47,430 bases of DNA from the UHGV virus genome UHGV-0334146; one strand, given 5' to 3'. A model generated the notes under the pieces. The model was not told the DNA's origin. It made no database searches and worked only from the letters and a program-made list of their open reading frames with translations. This document shows positions 35,205-44,378 of the stretch, in pieces (the first letter of the stretch is position 1; each line of letters starts with the position of its first letter). The translations under genes and the position numbers were made by a program. Origin of the DNA: a virus.

Positions 35205-36174
35205 GTTGAGCCCTCCTTGCCTGTAAAAGCATTTTCGCCATGTCGTCGTTGTCCTGTACCCGCTGCTGCGCTACGGTAGCCACCCGGGGCCGCGCCTGTT
35301 CGCCGTTGCCGCCCTGCTCAGCGGGTTCGGGCGGCTTTCGCAGCCAGTATTCCCGCTTGAGGAAATTTGCCGCCGTGGGGATATATCTGCCACCCTGCCG
35401 CTTCCATGCCTCGGAGTCCTCCCACTGCCCTAGAGCGTCGAGGATGCGAGGCAAGCCGGGAAGAGCACGGTTGGACTCAAGGGCTACCCATTCGCCCACG
35501 GCTTCGCTCCTGCCTCCCCGGTGCTGTTCCGGGAACGCCTCGAAGAACTCGTCAAACGCCAACGAGGGCTGACGAGAAAGGACGGCTTCCGGCTCTGGAT
35601 TTTCCGCCGGGCGTTCAACGCGCGCGTGCGCGTTAAGCACACTCTCTTCTTTTACGTTTGGAGTAGGAGAAGGAGCAGGAGTAGAACGATCCGTACTACG
35701 TTCGTTCAACGCCGTATCTACGTTCGTATTACGCCGTATGTACGGCGTACCATCGGCGTACATACGATACTCTTCCTGCGTAAGTCCCTTCACTCCATCA
35801 TCACGCATAGATTTAGCTATCTCGGGGAATTTTCTTGCAAAACGAGAAAGCCTTGCGGCATCGCTACGGGTATCGGCTTCACTTGCCCACGGGTTATGTT
35901 CCTGCCAATCGTGCAGGGTGTACCCGTCAGGGCTTTCGTCAATCCACATGCCAAGGCAGGTGTCGAAAAATTTCCGTTCTTCACCCTGCCAGTCCGCTGC
36001 AAGTTCGACGTCCTCCCAGTCCATGCCGGAAAGGTCCCCGTTCGGGCGATTCACAGCAGCCCACGCCCACAGAACTTGCAGGGAGCGTATCCCCTCAAGC
36101 CCCAGACGGCGGGCAGTCTTCTTTGTCTTCGGGTGTTGCCAAAACCCGACGGATAACCTGATATCACTGTTCAT
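35137..36174 (-). CDS. Replication protein, phage replisome-organizer-like N-terminal region (putative)
   Basis: Trimmed to M27. N-terminal …WQHPKTKKTARRLGLEGIRSLQVLWAWAA…DWEDVELAADW…FFDTCLGMWIDESPDGYTLHDWQEHNPW, then a long low-complexity tail. Confidence 0.4.
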   Translation of the reverse strand: MNSDIRLSVGFWQHPKTKKTARRLGLEGIRSLQVLWAWAAVNRPNGDLSGMDWEDVELAADWQGEERKFFDTCLGMWIDESPDGYTLHDWQEHNPWASEADTRSDAARLSRFARKFPEIAKSMRDDGVKGLTQEEYRMYADGTPYIRRNTNVDTALNERSTDRSTPAPSPTPNVKEESVLNAHARVERPAENPEPEAVLSRQPSLAFDEFFEAFPEQHRGGRSEAVGEWVALESNRALPGLPRILDALGQWEDSEAWKRQGGRYIPTAANFLKREYWLRKPPEPAEQGGNGEQARPRVATVAQQRVQDNDDMAKMLLQARRAQHAQPGLHASTAGQSGAALPASR

Positions 36175-36297
36175 CACGCCACTTTTCCCTTGACGGAACG
36201 CCCTGTTACGGGCATACTCATCTTGTCGTTTCGATGAATCCGCATGTTTCATCCCCCTTTGGCCCTCTGGGAGAACAGGGGGCCTTTTCTTTTGCCT

Positions 36298-36777
36298 TCA
36301 CATGATCCGTAAATCTTTTCTGCGCCTGTCGGGAAACCAGCCATCCAAGACGCCCCATCCCCACCACACGGCGATGACGGACGCAAACGGGGCGCAGTTT
36401 CTTGCTTCGCCGAACCGCAGTCTCCCGGCGATAAAACGCAGGTCGGCCTTTCCGTTCACGTGTTCCTGCCACCATCGTGTTTCGGGGCGGGCAGGGAGAA
36501 GCCCGACGACCAACGCGCCATGTTCCGCTTCCCTGTGGGCCTTCTTGACCCACGGTCCGATCTCGCGACCGTAGGGCGGGTTCATCCAGCATCGCTCTCC
36601 ACCCCACGATTGACCAAGTCCATCCAGTTCTCGCGTAAAGTACCGCTTTACCTTTGCGTTCTTGTCACTCGCGCACACGTCAAGCGTGAACTGGAACCGC
36701 TTGTCCAGAGCGTCAAAAAGCTCTTGCGGAGTAGACCAATCGATTGATTTGCTTGAAAACAAGACACTATCGTTCAT
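36298..36777 (-). CDS. dam: Phage DNA N6-adenine methyltransferase (Dam family)
   Basis: 159 aa. SIDWSTPQELFDALDKRFQFTLDVCASDKNAKVKRYFT…GLGQSWGGERCWMNPPYG…LLPARPETRWW matches the phage Dam motifs, including NPPY. Confidence 0.8.
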   Translation of the reverse strand: MNDSVLFSSKSIDWSTPQELFDALDKRFQFTLDVCASDKNAKVKRYFTRELDGLGQSWGGERCWMNPPYGREIGPWVKKAHREAEHGALVVGLLPARPETRWWQEHVNGKADLRFIAGRLRFGEARNCAPFASVIAVWWGWGVLDGWFPDRRRKDLRIM

Positions 36778-36980
36778 TCTGATCCTTCAAGTTCTACTTC
36801 AACAATGTCCGGCCTCTTCTCGCAGTACAGGCGGCAGAAGTTCACGTCTTTGACGAACCCGTTTCGAGACGTCCACGCCGGGACTCCGTACTCTTTCGAC
36901 CAGTCAGCAAAGCACAGGACGCGCCGCCCATCACGGTGAAGCCGACCGTGATGGCAGGGGCCAGGCCCTACCAGTCCCAT
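36774..36980 (-). CDS. Small hypothetical protein
   Basis: 68 aa with overlapping start and stop. Weak support. Confidence 0.3.
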   Translation of the reverse strand: MGLVGPGPCHHGRLHRDGRRVLCFADWSKEYGVPAWTSRNGFVKDVNFCRLYCEKRPDIVEVELEGSE

Positions 36981-37405
36981 TCCATCCCCCCGGATCTTCT
37001 TCCGTGAAATTCGTATGAGGGAAGCCCCTCAGCGTCGGATCCTTTACGCAACTTTTCCCAGCATTGAGGGCATCTGTAGTCAGTGATCCACCGCCCACAG
37101 CTCTTGCCGGCAACCCCCGCGCACAGATGCTTTCCCTTGCGGGGGTCTGCCTTGGCTGCGCTTTTTTTTGCGAGATACGCTTCCCGGCTCAAGCCGCTTT
37201 GCGCTGCGCTGGCACAGATGCGGGAGCAAAAACGCGGGTTCTTGCGGTTGAGGGGATTGAACTCCTTTCCGCAGCATTCGCACTTGGCCTCTTTTTTCTG
37301 GGTGGCGGCAATCTGGCACTCCTTCGAGCAGTACCTTGCCGAATGCTCGCGGCTGGGAGTCACCTCAAACATCCGACCGCACTGTTGGCAAATCAGGATC
37401 GGCAT
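36968..37405 (-). CDS. Cys-rich zinc-ribbon protein
   Basis: 145 aa with at least six CxxC pairs (CQQCG, CSKEC, CECCG, CSRIC, CPQCW). Confidence 0.45.
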   Translation of the reverse strand: MPILICQQCGRMFEVTPSREHSARYCSKECQIAATQKKEAKCECCGKEFNPLNRKNPRFCSRICASAAQSGLSREAYLAKKSAAKADPRKGKHLCAGVAGKSCGRWITDYRCPQCWEKLRKGSDAEGLPSYEFHGRRSGGMEWDW

Positions 37406-37857
37406 TCTCCCTTCCTCCCTTCATGCTGCACAGCCGTCTCCGTTTCCATCAGGTCGATGATCAGGGCCCCCAACAGCTTTGCCCGCACCTTCTGCGGCGC
37501 ATTCCTACGTATGGCCCTTTGCAGGTCTGCAAGACGCTCCACATCATCGAGCTGTTCGCCTTCCACGCCCTTGTCAGGTTCCGCACACATCGGAAGAAGC
37601 GAAAATCCGAGATCCGCCGCAAGAAGCTGGAGGGCGGACACGTCGCCCGTTTGATGCATGATGAACGCAGCCTGTTCCAACCCGAGCTTGACGGACGTGC
37701 GGTCGGCGTAGGGATTGAGGACATTGCCGAGACTCGACGGAGCCATATCCATTTCCGCCGCCATTGCTCGGACGCCGCCGGGATACTTCTTCACCGCCGT
37801 CTGTACGGCTTCGATAACGTGTTCAAGTGTGGGGATTGTCATCATTTCACCGTTCAT
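37393..37857 (-). CDS. CII-like regulatory protein (phage 186 CII / CP76 family)
   Basis: Trimmed to M16. …GVRAMAAEMDMAPSSLGNVLNPYADRTSVKLGLEQAAFIMHQTGDVSALQLLAADLGFSLLP parallels 186 CII …LNPEQPHQFTPPELWLLTDLTEDSTLVDGFLAQI…. Confidence 0.55.
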   Translation of the reverse strand: MNGEMMTIPTLEHVIEAVQTAVKKYPGGVRAMAAEMDMAPSSLGNVLNPYADRTSVKLGLEQAAFIMHQTGDVSALQLLAADLGFSLLPMCAEPDKGVEGEQLDDVERLADLQRAIRRNAPQKVRAKLLGALIIDLMETETAVQHEGRKGECRS

Positions 37858-38092
37858 TCTGTTTGTGTGCCGCCCTATTCTGGGGGCATGGAACTTGTTC
37901 ACCTACTCCTCACCCTGCGCGGCCCTGTCTGGCGCGTCCGCATCCTGTCCGGCGGGACCATCAGCTGGAAGTGCTACCGCGCCGAGGACTACCCCACACC
38001 AGAAGCCGTGGCCCGGCGGTGCGCGGAGGGGCTAGTCTCTGGGCATGAAAACGACAAGCATGACGAGCCCCACGGCAACGGCGAGGAAAAAG

Positions 38093-38326
38093 TTATTCAG
38101 CATGGCTCACCTCTTCGAGTTCGGTGGGAGTGCTGGGGGCGGCTATAAGCCGCTCTTCATTTCTAACTAAAAAGTCCAGCAATTTATCATAGGCGCTCTG
38201 TCGCCTTTTTGGAGCAGACAAGAGCCGACACAAGGTAACGGGATGGATGCCTACAGCTTTGGCAAGGGCTACTTGCGTCCATCCTCTCTTCTTCATCAGT
38301 TCTTTTGCAGCGTATTCGATATTCAT
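38093..38326 (-). CDS. Cro-like XRE-family HTH repressor
   Basis: 77 aa. HTH GWTQVALAKAVGIHPVTLCRLL. It is divergent from the CI-like gene across an operator-rich 92-nt region. Confidence 0.6.
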   Translation of the reverse strand: MNIEYAAKELMKKRGWTQVALAKAVGIHPVTLCRLLSAPKRRQSAYDKLLDFLVRNEERLIAAPSTPTELEEVSHAE

Positions 38327-38418
38327 GTGGAAATATTAGCTCATTCACTATTCAATGGTCAAGCAAATTTGCAAATTAAAAAATTGCTTTTATTAGCGCG
38401 TATGCTAATGGTGTAACC
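38327..38418. promoter_or_regulatory. Divergent immunity-region promoters with operator-like palindromes
   Basis: AATTTGCAAATT is a 12-bp perfect palindrome at about 38366-38377. ATTAGC-n6-GCTAAT lies at about 38392-38409, with a third ATTAGC at about 38335. The region is AT-rich. Confidence 0.5.
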
Positions 38419-39165
38419 ATGGGTAAAACAGACTGGATCATTAAATTTTTTGAGTCCAAAATTGGGCACGGGAAGGAATTCGCCACACGAGTTGATATGG
38501 CGAGGTTTTTAGGGTTGTCCCCAACGCAACAGACAAAATTGTTCAATTTTTTGAAAGGTTCAGACACGCAATATAAGGCCGTCCTAGATTGGTTTGAACG
38601 ACTTGGGGGCAAGTTCGAATCGGAGACTACACCTTCTAAAAACGTCTGCTTCATCGATGCGCGTGTGGCCCCCGCAGGCAATGCTCTCCCCCCTCCCCCG
38701 GATGAAGACTACCTCGCCGTTCCCCTTGTGGAAGAAGTTGGCGCGGGGCCCGGTATCATTCCACAAAATGAACTCATCTCGTGGTTCCTCGTCTGGCGTC
38801 ACCAGCGGGCCATTCAACACAAGCGTGACCTCATTGCCGTCATGCTGGGCAAACACTCAACGTCTATGGTTCCCACGCTCAAGCCACAAGACATTGTGCT
38901 TGTAGACCGACAAGATAAAGACGTGATGAACTTCAAAGGTAGGATCATGCTTGTCCTCGATCCTTTCGACGGCAGCGGAAAAATCAAGCGTGTGGCGGCA
39001 GAAAACCAGCCGAAAAAGCGCGACTATCGCATCACCTACTATTCGGATAACGCCGCCGAGAATCCCCCCGAGGTCTACAGCCTTATGGAAGACTTCGAAG
39101 GGGACTGGAACAAGTCCATCGTCGGGCGGGTTGTATGGGCGTGGAGTGACGTGAGCTGCAAATAA
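38419..39165 (+). CDS. CI-like repressor with a C-terminal S24 (LexA-type) autopeptidase domain
   Basis: 248 aa. Ala-Gly site (VAPAGNAL), Ser motif STSMVPTLKPQDIVLVD and Lys (GKIKRV). Confidence 0.75.
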   Translation: MGKTDWIIKFFESKIGHGKEFATRVDMARFLGLSPTQQTKLFNFLKGSDTQYKAVLDWFERLGGKFESETTPSKNVCFIDARVAPAGNALPPPPDEDYLAVPLVEEVGAGPGIIPQNELISWFLVWRHQRAIQHKRDLIAVMLGKHSTSMVPTLKPQDIVLVDRQDKDVMNFKGRIMLVLDPFDGSGKIKRVAAENQPKKRDYRITYYSDNAAENPPEVYSLMEDFEGDWNKSIVGRVVWAWSDVSCK

Positions 39166-39179
39166 CCGTGGAGAGCCCC

Positions 39180-39614
39180 ATGTATAAAATCTATCAGGCT
39201 GGCCCCCTTTTCTCAGATGCGGAACAGTCGTGGCACGGTAAACTTTCCGAGCGACTGCGTGCAGCAGGGCACTCCGTGGTCTGGCCGGGAGACTTGCTCA
39301 CCTCAGACCGAATCAAAGCCGCTGGCCCGGGGGCAATCTCCCTTATCTTTGATACGTGTCGAAACGCCATTGATTGCAGTACCTGTGTTGTCGCCCTGCT
39401 TGATGGCACTCAGGTTGATGACGGCACGGCTTGGGAAATCGGGTACGCCTATGCCAAAGGGCTTCCTATCTTTGGTATCCGCACCGACTTTCGACAAGGC
39501 GGGGATACGCCGTTTAACCACATGAACAGTATGATCGAGGGTTGCCTGTACGGTTTTGCCGCAGATATCGACGGGCTTTTGCTGATGATGTGTGCGGCCT
39601 CATGTAGCAAATGA
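39180..39614 (+). CDS. Nucleoside 2-deoxyribosyltransferase-family protein (Nuc_deoxyrib_tr / DNPH1-like)
   Basis: MYKIYQAGPLFS…, IDCSTCVVALLDG, DDGTAWEIGYAYAKGLPIFG and D.R are hallmark motifs. RBS GGAGAG. Its start is 15 nt after the CI stop, so it is co-transcribed. Confidence 0.7.
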   Translation: MYKIYQAGPLFSDAEQSWHGKLSERLRAAGHSVVWPGDLLTSDRIKAAGPGAISLIFDTCRNAIDCSTCVVALLDGTQVDDGTAWEIGYAYAKGLPIFGIRTDFRQGGDTPFNHMNSMIEGCLYGFAADIDGLLLMMCAASCSK

Positions 39615-39648
39615 AAATCCCCGCCGAAGCGGGGAAAAGGAGTTGTAA

Positions 39649-39849
39649 ATGTTTCAGTATAAAGTTTGTACTAGGATCGATCTGCAAAACTCTGATGATG
39701 AAGCTACAACACAAGATTGGCTAAACGAGCAAGGACGGGAAAATTGGGAACTTGTTTCGTGCATTCCCTTAGGAACTGAAACAGAGGAAAACGGTTTTTT
39801 CAGAAATACAATTCGCTACGTATTTAAACGCGAAATCCAACGATCTTAA
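39649..39849 (+). CDS. DUF4177-like small protein
   Basis: 66 aa. MFQYKVC…DWLNEQGRENWELVSC. RBS AAAAGGAG. Very low GC. Confidence 0.5.
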   Translation: MFQYKVCTRIDLQNSDDEATTQDWLNEQGRENWELVSCIPLGTETEENGFFRNTIRYVFKREIQRS

Positions 39850-40615
39850 AAGATACTAAGCAGGCTGATTTGTCTTTGTCTGATGTAACATTTCCATCTT
39901 CATCAACACAAAACACACCTTCGATGACAGGTCCAAAAGTTGGAGATTTTGGGTACAATTCTTGCTGTGCCACGTCTGCGCAGGCCTTGCGGTAGTTTTC
40001 GGTAGCATCATTGGCCCCTACCGTGAGGAAGTTCAAAAAATCTTTGTACTTCGTGATTCATCTGCAGCCCCTCCTCGCGAGGGGCTTTTTTGTGCCCTAT
40101 GGGACGTGACCACCGATGCCTTCATTGTGTCGGCGGTTATTGTTTTACCTTGTTATTATCGAATACGCAAATTCATATTGACTCATTGTTAGCGAATTTG
40201 CTATTATCTCTTCACGACGAACGGGGAAGGCGAACACGGCGCGGCAACGGCCCGCCGAAAGCTGAAACCGGACGGAGGAAGCCCCAACAAGTACGAGCAC
40301 GGCAAGCGCAAGCCTTTGGGAGCGGGAAGCACGCGACGGCAGGAAATGGGGTGATGTGGAGACAGGCCGCGTAGGGACGGCGGGACGGAAAAACGGCTGA
40401 AAAGAAGGCCGAAGCGTAAAGCGCACCGAAGCGACGGGGGCCGAGCCGACCAACAGGGCCCACGGTTACGACACAAAGATCGGGCCGTGAAACGTGATGA
40501 AATACGAATTTTTACATCCGGGCGGTCAGTTGACTTTCTGACAATTCACCGCCCCGCATGGGAGCGCGCCCCGGCGGGGATTGGCCCCGTCGGGTGCTTG
40601 CCTTGAATCATCGAA

Positions 40616-40640
40616 GCCCGGAACTACGCCGGGCTTTTTC
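40616..40640 (+). terminator. Intrinsic terminator or attenuator just upstream of the early gene block
   Basis: GCCCGG-aactacg-CCGGGC followed by TTTTTC. Coordinates are anchored to ORF 40581. Confidence 0.4.
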
Positions 40641-40688
40641 ATTGATTCCGGGACTCCGGAACGAACTTCAAAACAGAGGAGAATAGCC

Positions 40689-40913
40689 ATGATGCAGTTC
40701 ATCGTAATTTCGCATTCGGAAAGCGGCCCATTGGTTGAGGAGTTCGAGACGAAGGCGAAGGCGGTAGACTTCGCGGAGGCTGTAGCCAGTGATGGTATGC
40801 CATCGACCATACTCATGAGAATTTCCGGGATTCCCGCAGTCTTGCCAGAACGCGAAGATTGCGGCGTTCTCCCCGGCATCGACTTCCCCGCAACGCTGCA
40901 CCCCGCTTGGTAA
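40689..40913 (+). CDS. Hypothetical protein
   Basis: 74 aa from MMQFIVISHSE…. RBS AGAGGAGAA. Confidence 0.45.
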   Translation: MMQFIVISHSESGPLVEEFETKAKAVDFAEAVASDGMPSTILMRISGIPAVLPEREDCGVLPGIDFPATLHPAW

Positions 40914-40997
40914 AGCGCCTAGCCCCGCACTTGCCCCGGATTCCGGGGCAGGAAACGGGATTGGGACGCCGATCCAGACTTCAATAGGAGAAAGATT

Positions 40998-41243
40998 ATG
41001 GCTCAAACATTCTTCTGCATCGAAACCGGGAATTCGCTCTACGGCGGAACGGTCAGACACTTTTTCAATTCACCCGCAGCCGTGATGTCGTTCCTCAAGG
41101 CGACACGGGAGGGCTGGAGCCTCCGGGCGGCGGAATGGGATGATGGGGAACTCGTCCCCACGCGGCCCATCACCAACTGCCAGTTCATCGACGAGGATGG
41201 CGGAATCGACGCCGTTCTTGAACGGCTGGAGGTGGCGGCATGA
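40998..41243 (+). CDS. Hypothetical protein
   Basis: 81 aa. RBS AGGAGAAAG. Confidence 0.45.
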   Translation: MAQTFFCIETGNSLYGGTVRHFFNSPAAVMSFLKATREGWSLRAAEWDDGELVPTRPITNCQFIDEDGGIDAVLERLEVAA

Positions 41244-41395
41244 TCAAAGAAGTGTACGTAACCCCTCCCGGCAAGAAGCGGTTCCCAATGCCACCTCAGC
41301 GCGAGCGTTTGGCACCCCCTCCGTGGGCGTTGGGCGTGGTCCTCATGGTTGTGGCGATCTTCATAGGCTCATGCGAATGGGCGAGGGGGATGTGA
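41240..41395 (+). CDS. Small membrane peptide (51 aa, putative)
   Basis: ATGA overlap with the upstream stop. MIKEVYVTPPGKKRFPMPPQRERLAPPPWALGVVLMVVAIFIGSCEWARGM has one TM. It is below the 60-aa cutoff of the ORF track. Confidence 0.3.
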   Translation: MIKEVYVTPPGKKRFPMPPQRERLAPPPWALGVVLMVVAIFIGSCEWARGM

Positions 41396-41472
41396 TGAGG
41401 CCAGAAGCCGATATGTACGACGCGGAGAGGGAAAGCGTAGACCGCACGATTCCCGATGAACCCGAATACCAC

Positions 41473-41494
41473 GGCCCCCAAAAGGGGCCTTTTT
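41473..41494 (+). terminator. Weak intrinsic terminator before the erf-like gene
   Basis: GGCCCC-caaaa-GGGGCC followed by TTTTT. Confidence 0.35.
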
Positions 41495-41527
41495 AGTTCC
41501 CGCCGATGAGCAGTGAAAGGTTGAAAT

Positions 41528-42196
41528 ATGGAAGCGAAAATTTACGGCGCGATTATCGCGGTCATGCGAGATTGCGGCTCCATCGGAAAGGACAGGCAAA
41601 CCAGTGGGTTTGCATCTTTCAAGTTCCGAGGAATTGATGATGTCTACAACGCCTTGCACCCAGTCATGTCACAGCATGGCGTGTTCTGTGTGCCGGAGGT
41701 GCTGGAAACGACACGCGAGGAGCGGGCGAACGCCAAAGGCACGGTCATGGCTTATGTGACCGCGAAGGTGCGTTTCACGTTTTACGCTGAGGACGGTTCC
41801 AGCGTTCATTGTGTGACAGTAGGCGAAGCGATGGACAGCGGAGACAAGGCCTTGCCCAAGGCGCAATCTATTGCCATGAAATACGCCATGTTCCAGACGT
41901 TCTGTATCCCTACGGAGGAAATGCCTGACCCAGACGCCGAAACGGATCACCTCGCTCCCAAAAACGGGGCCGTACAGCAACGCGCAAAGGCAAAGGCGGA
42001 AAATGCCAGCCCGATGACGCCGGAACAGTCAAAGGCCCTCATGTCTTATCTGACCAAACGGCATGGTGACAGCCGAGCGGATTACCTTGCCGAACTTTCA
42101 CGATTCTTCGGGCGGCCCATTGCAAGCTCCCGTGAATTGACGAAGGCAGATGTTTCCGAATTTCTGAACGCCGTCAACGGAGGACAAAATGGCTAG
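41528..42196 (+). CDS. ERF-family single-strand annealing recombinase
   Basis: 222 aa. N-terminal KIYGAIIAVMRDCGSIGKD…FKFRGIDDVYNALHPVMSQHGV… is a pattern typical of ERF. The gene is adjacent to ssb. Confidence 0.65.
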   Translation: MEAKIYGAIIAVMRDCGSIGKDRQTSGFASFKFRGIDDVYNALHPVMSQHGVFCVPEVLETTREERANAKGTVMAYVTAKVRFTFYAEDGSSVHCVTVGEAMDSGDKALPKAQSIAMKYAMFQTFCIPTEEMPDPDAETDHLAPKNGAVQQRAKAKAENASPMTPEQSKALMSYLTKRHGDSRADYLAELSRFFGRPIASSRELTKADVSEFLNAVNGGQNG

Positions 42197-42584
42197 CCTC
42201 AATCGTGTTGAAATCATCGGACGCCTTGGACGCGATCCAGAACTCAAATATTCCCAGAACGGAGCGGCAATTTGCCGTCTCAATGTCGCTACTGACGAAA
42301 GTTACACGGATCGGGAAGGAAAACGGGTGCAAAAGGCCGAATGGCATAGCGTCGTTGTATTCCAGAAGTCCGCTGAACATTGCAGCCAGTACTTGAGCAA
42401 GGGAAGCCTTGTATTCGTGGAGGGTTCATTATCTACACGAGAATGGCAGGATCAGCAGGGACAGAAGCGCTACACTACGGAAATCAAAGCGCAGCGCATC
42501 CTATTCCTCGACAAAAAGGATGGAGGAAAATCCGGTTCATCATTCCCCTCTGAATCTTCCGGCATGGACAATGTGCCCTTTTAA
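42189..42584 (+). CDS. ssb: Single-stranded DNA-binding protein
   Basis: 131 aa. MASLNRVEIIGRLGRDPELKY… OB-fold signature, a Gly/Ser-rich tail and a C-terminal DNVPF acidic tip. Confidence 0.85.
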   Translation: MASLNRVEIIGRLGRDPELKYSQNGAAICRLNVATDESYTDREGKRVQKAEWHSVVVFQKSAEHCSQYLSKGSLVFVEGSLSTREWQDQQGQKRYTTEIKAQRILFLDKKDGGKSGSSFPSESSGMDNVPF

Positions 42585-42595
42585 CGAGGTGAAAC

Positions 42596-43093
42596 ATGCC
42601 GACCTTCAACGAAATCCAGCAAGAAATCGCCGGGATGCTCTGCATCCCCGATGAAGAGCTTACCCCGGAACAGCGCGAGGCGATGAATGTCTATATTGAT
42701 GAACTCGCTAAACTCGAAGCCGACAAGGTGGATGGGTTCGGACAATTCCTGAAAATTCAGTCGACACTTGCCGAAGCTTGCAAGGAAGAGGCCAGACGCC
42801 TTGCAGCCAAGGCGAGGACAGCGGAATCACGCCTTGCATGGCTCAAGGAACACTACACCATCGCACTCAGGGAAAACGGCCTCAAGAAAGTATCCGGCAA
42901 CGCCTACACAATCAGCGTTCGGGAAACTGAGGCTGTAGCGGTAACGGCGCAAATGGAAGAACTTCCCGAACTGTACCGCCGCACAAAGACGACAGTGGAG
43001 CCGGACAAGCCCACAATCAAAGAAGCCCTCAAAGGCGGATTGACCATCCCCGGCTGCGCTCTGGTGAAGACATACAGCTTGCAAGTACGATAA
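42596..43093 (+). CDS. Sipho_Gp157-like protein (recombination-module accessory, Gam-like coiled-coil)
   Basis: 165 aa coiled-coil protein immediately after ssb. Confidence 0.45.
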   Translation: MPTFNEIQQEIAGMLCIPDEELTPEQREAMNVYIDELAKLEADKVDGFGQFLKIQSTLAEACKEEARRLAAKARTAESRLAWLKEHYTIALRENGLKKVSGNAYTISVRETEAVAVTAQMEELPELYRRTKTTVEPDKPTIKEALKGGLTIPGCALVKTYSLQVR

Positions 43094-43139
43094 CCACCCC
43101 GGCCTGGCTCACCACCGGGCCTTTCTTTTGGGAAAGACT

Positions 43140-43373
43140 ATGATCGTATGGCATGTGACCACGGTAAAGAAGCTTAAGCGTTACAAGGATTCGGGGGGCA
43201 TTCTTCCGCCCGTCAGGGCGTGGGATAGTCTTCCCGCAGCCGAACGTTTTTCAAAACAGACAGGGCGCAAGGTGATTCTTCGTTTGAAATTCCCAAACAC
43301 GGCGGAACGGCTTCCCGGTCATCGTGGGGAAGCCTTTGTACTCAATGAAAAGTATAGGCTCACAAGCATATGA
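43140..43373 (+). CDS. Hypothetical protein
   Basis: From M5 (MIVWHVTT…). 77 aa. Confidence 0.4.
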   Translation: MIVWHVTTVKKLKRYKDSGGILPPVRAWDSLPAAERFSKQTGRKVILRLKFPNTAERLPGHRGEAFVLNEKYRLTSI

Positions 43374-43386
43374 GGTGAGATGAATC

Positions 43387-43788
43387 ATGAGTGTTGATTT
43401 GTACGGGGATTACACGGCTGAGGTACTTTCGCTTCCACAGCAATGGCGGGAACAAATGTGGTTAGCCAACGGAGAAACCGGAATTTCTTCTAAAACGATT
43501 CACGCAGTCTTAACCGGAATGGTCGACAACACGGTTTTCAATACCAGTCCTTCATGGTTTAGATACGATACACCTCATGACCCGTCTGATTTCCGACGCT
43601 GTTATCTCCTGCTCAAGTTCATACCGGAATGGAAGCAACGCTTACATGAGGTTGCGGAAAGATTCCCGAAATGGAAACCCTTTGTCGAACATTGGGATGA
43701 ATTGACGTGTCTTTATGAAGAGGAGCGAGATAGAAGCGATAGGCACGCGCCAAAGCTATTTGCTAAAATTATGGCATTGGAAAGTTAA
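43387..43788 (+). CDS. Hypothetical protein
   Basis: 133 aa, low GC. Confidence 0.45.
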   Translation: MSVDLYGDYTAEVLSLPQQWREQMWLANGETGISSKTIHAVLTGMVDNTVFNTSPSWFRYDTPHDPSDFRRCYLLLKFIPEWKQRLHEVAERFPKWKPFVEHWDELTCLYEEERDRSDRHAPKLFAKIMALES

Positions 43789-43791
43789 GCT

Positions 43792-44043
43792 ATGCCCGAC
43801 ACCGACGCCCTCCCCGACATCAGACTAAAATGTCCTGATTTGGCATCAATAATTCCGGGACGCCGTTTCCTCTACCGGGCAAAGGTAGGCGGCGAACGCC
43901 AAACCGTCACCGTTACGGCCTCCTGTGCCCCGTATCCCCGTGATTTCGGGAAGGGACGCAAGGCTATGTACGTCACCGTGTACGGCTACGAGGGGAAATG
44001 GACGGTCCCGGCAAGCAAGCTGAGGATTGCGGAGAAAGTATGA
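43792..44043 (+). CDS. Hypothetical protein
   Basis: 83 aa. Confidence 0.4.
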   Translation: MPDTDALPDIRLKCPDLASIIPGRRFLYRAKVGGERQTVTVTASCAPYPRDFGKGRKAMYVTVYGYEGKWTVPASKLRIAEKV

Positions 44044-44378
44044 AAGTAAAAAAATATGTTTGTCCGATATGTCATAAAGAGTATCTTACATATCAGCAAG
44101 CTGAAAGATGCCTTGATGACTGTAAAGACAATGCTTCTGTGGAAGAATTTGTATGTAACTTTGAAGATCTACACGGATACGAGATCGACAGCATTATCGG
44201 AAAGTGCACAAGCTGCGAACACTGCGATGGTAAAGGTACATATTTCGCAGCTTGTCCGTTGAAAGCAACCGGGAAAAAACGCGAAGGATGTGCAGCGTAT
44301 ATTCCCGCACACGATCTGCATACTGTTTGCTCTCGATATAACTATCTCCAAAAGATCGGACAGTTACCTCAATATTGA
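44040..44378 (+). CDS. Cys-rich zinc-ribbon protein
   Basis: From M15 (MKVKKYVCPICHKEY…CTSCEHCDGKG…). Low GC. Confidence 0.45.
   Translation: MKVKKYVCPICHKEYLTYQQAERCLDDCKDNASVEEFVCNFEDLHGYEIDSIIGKCTSCEHCDGKGTYFAACPLKATGKKREGCAAYIPAHDLHTVCSRYNYLQKIGQLPQY

Noticed and set aside
37873-37903. Fifth and sixth copies of the late motif (inverted GGAACTTGTTCACC before cII; CCTTGTTCAC at 47343-47352 inside the HTH gene)
   Set aside because: They are shorter, have mismatches or an indel, and are in the opposite orientation or intragenic. They are mentioned only as possible weak sites and are not counted as bona fide copies.
39824-40036. 70-aa minus-strand ORF convergent with the DUF4177 gene
   Set aside because: TTG start without an RBS. 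It overlaps the DUF4177 3' end and a plus-strand terminator hairpin.
40090-40476. Overlapping ORFs in several frames on both strands (40090..40374, 40145..40453, 40204..40476, 40212..40463)
   Set aside because: They are produced by a T-depleted tract that removes stop codons in all frames. The translations are low-complexity.
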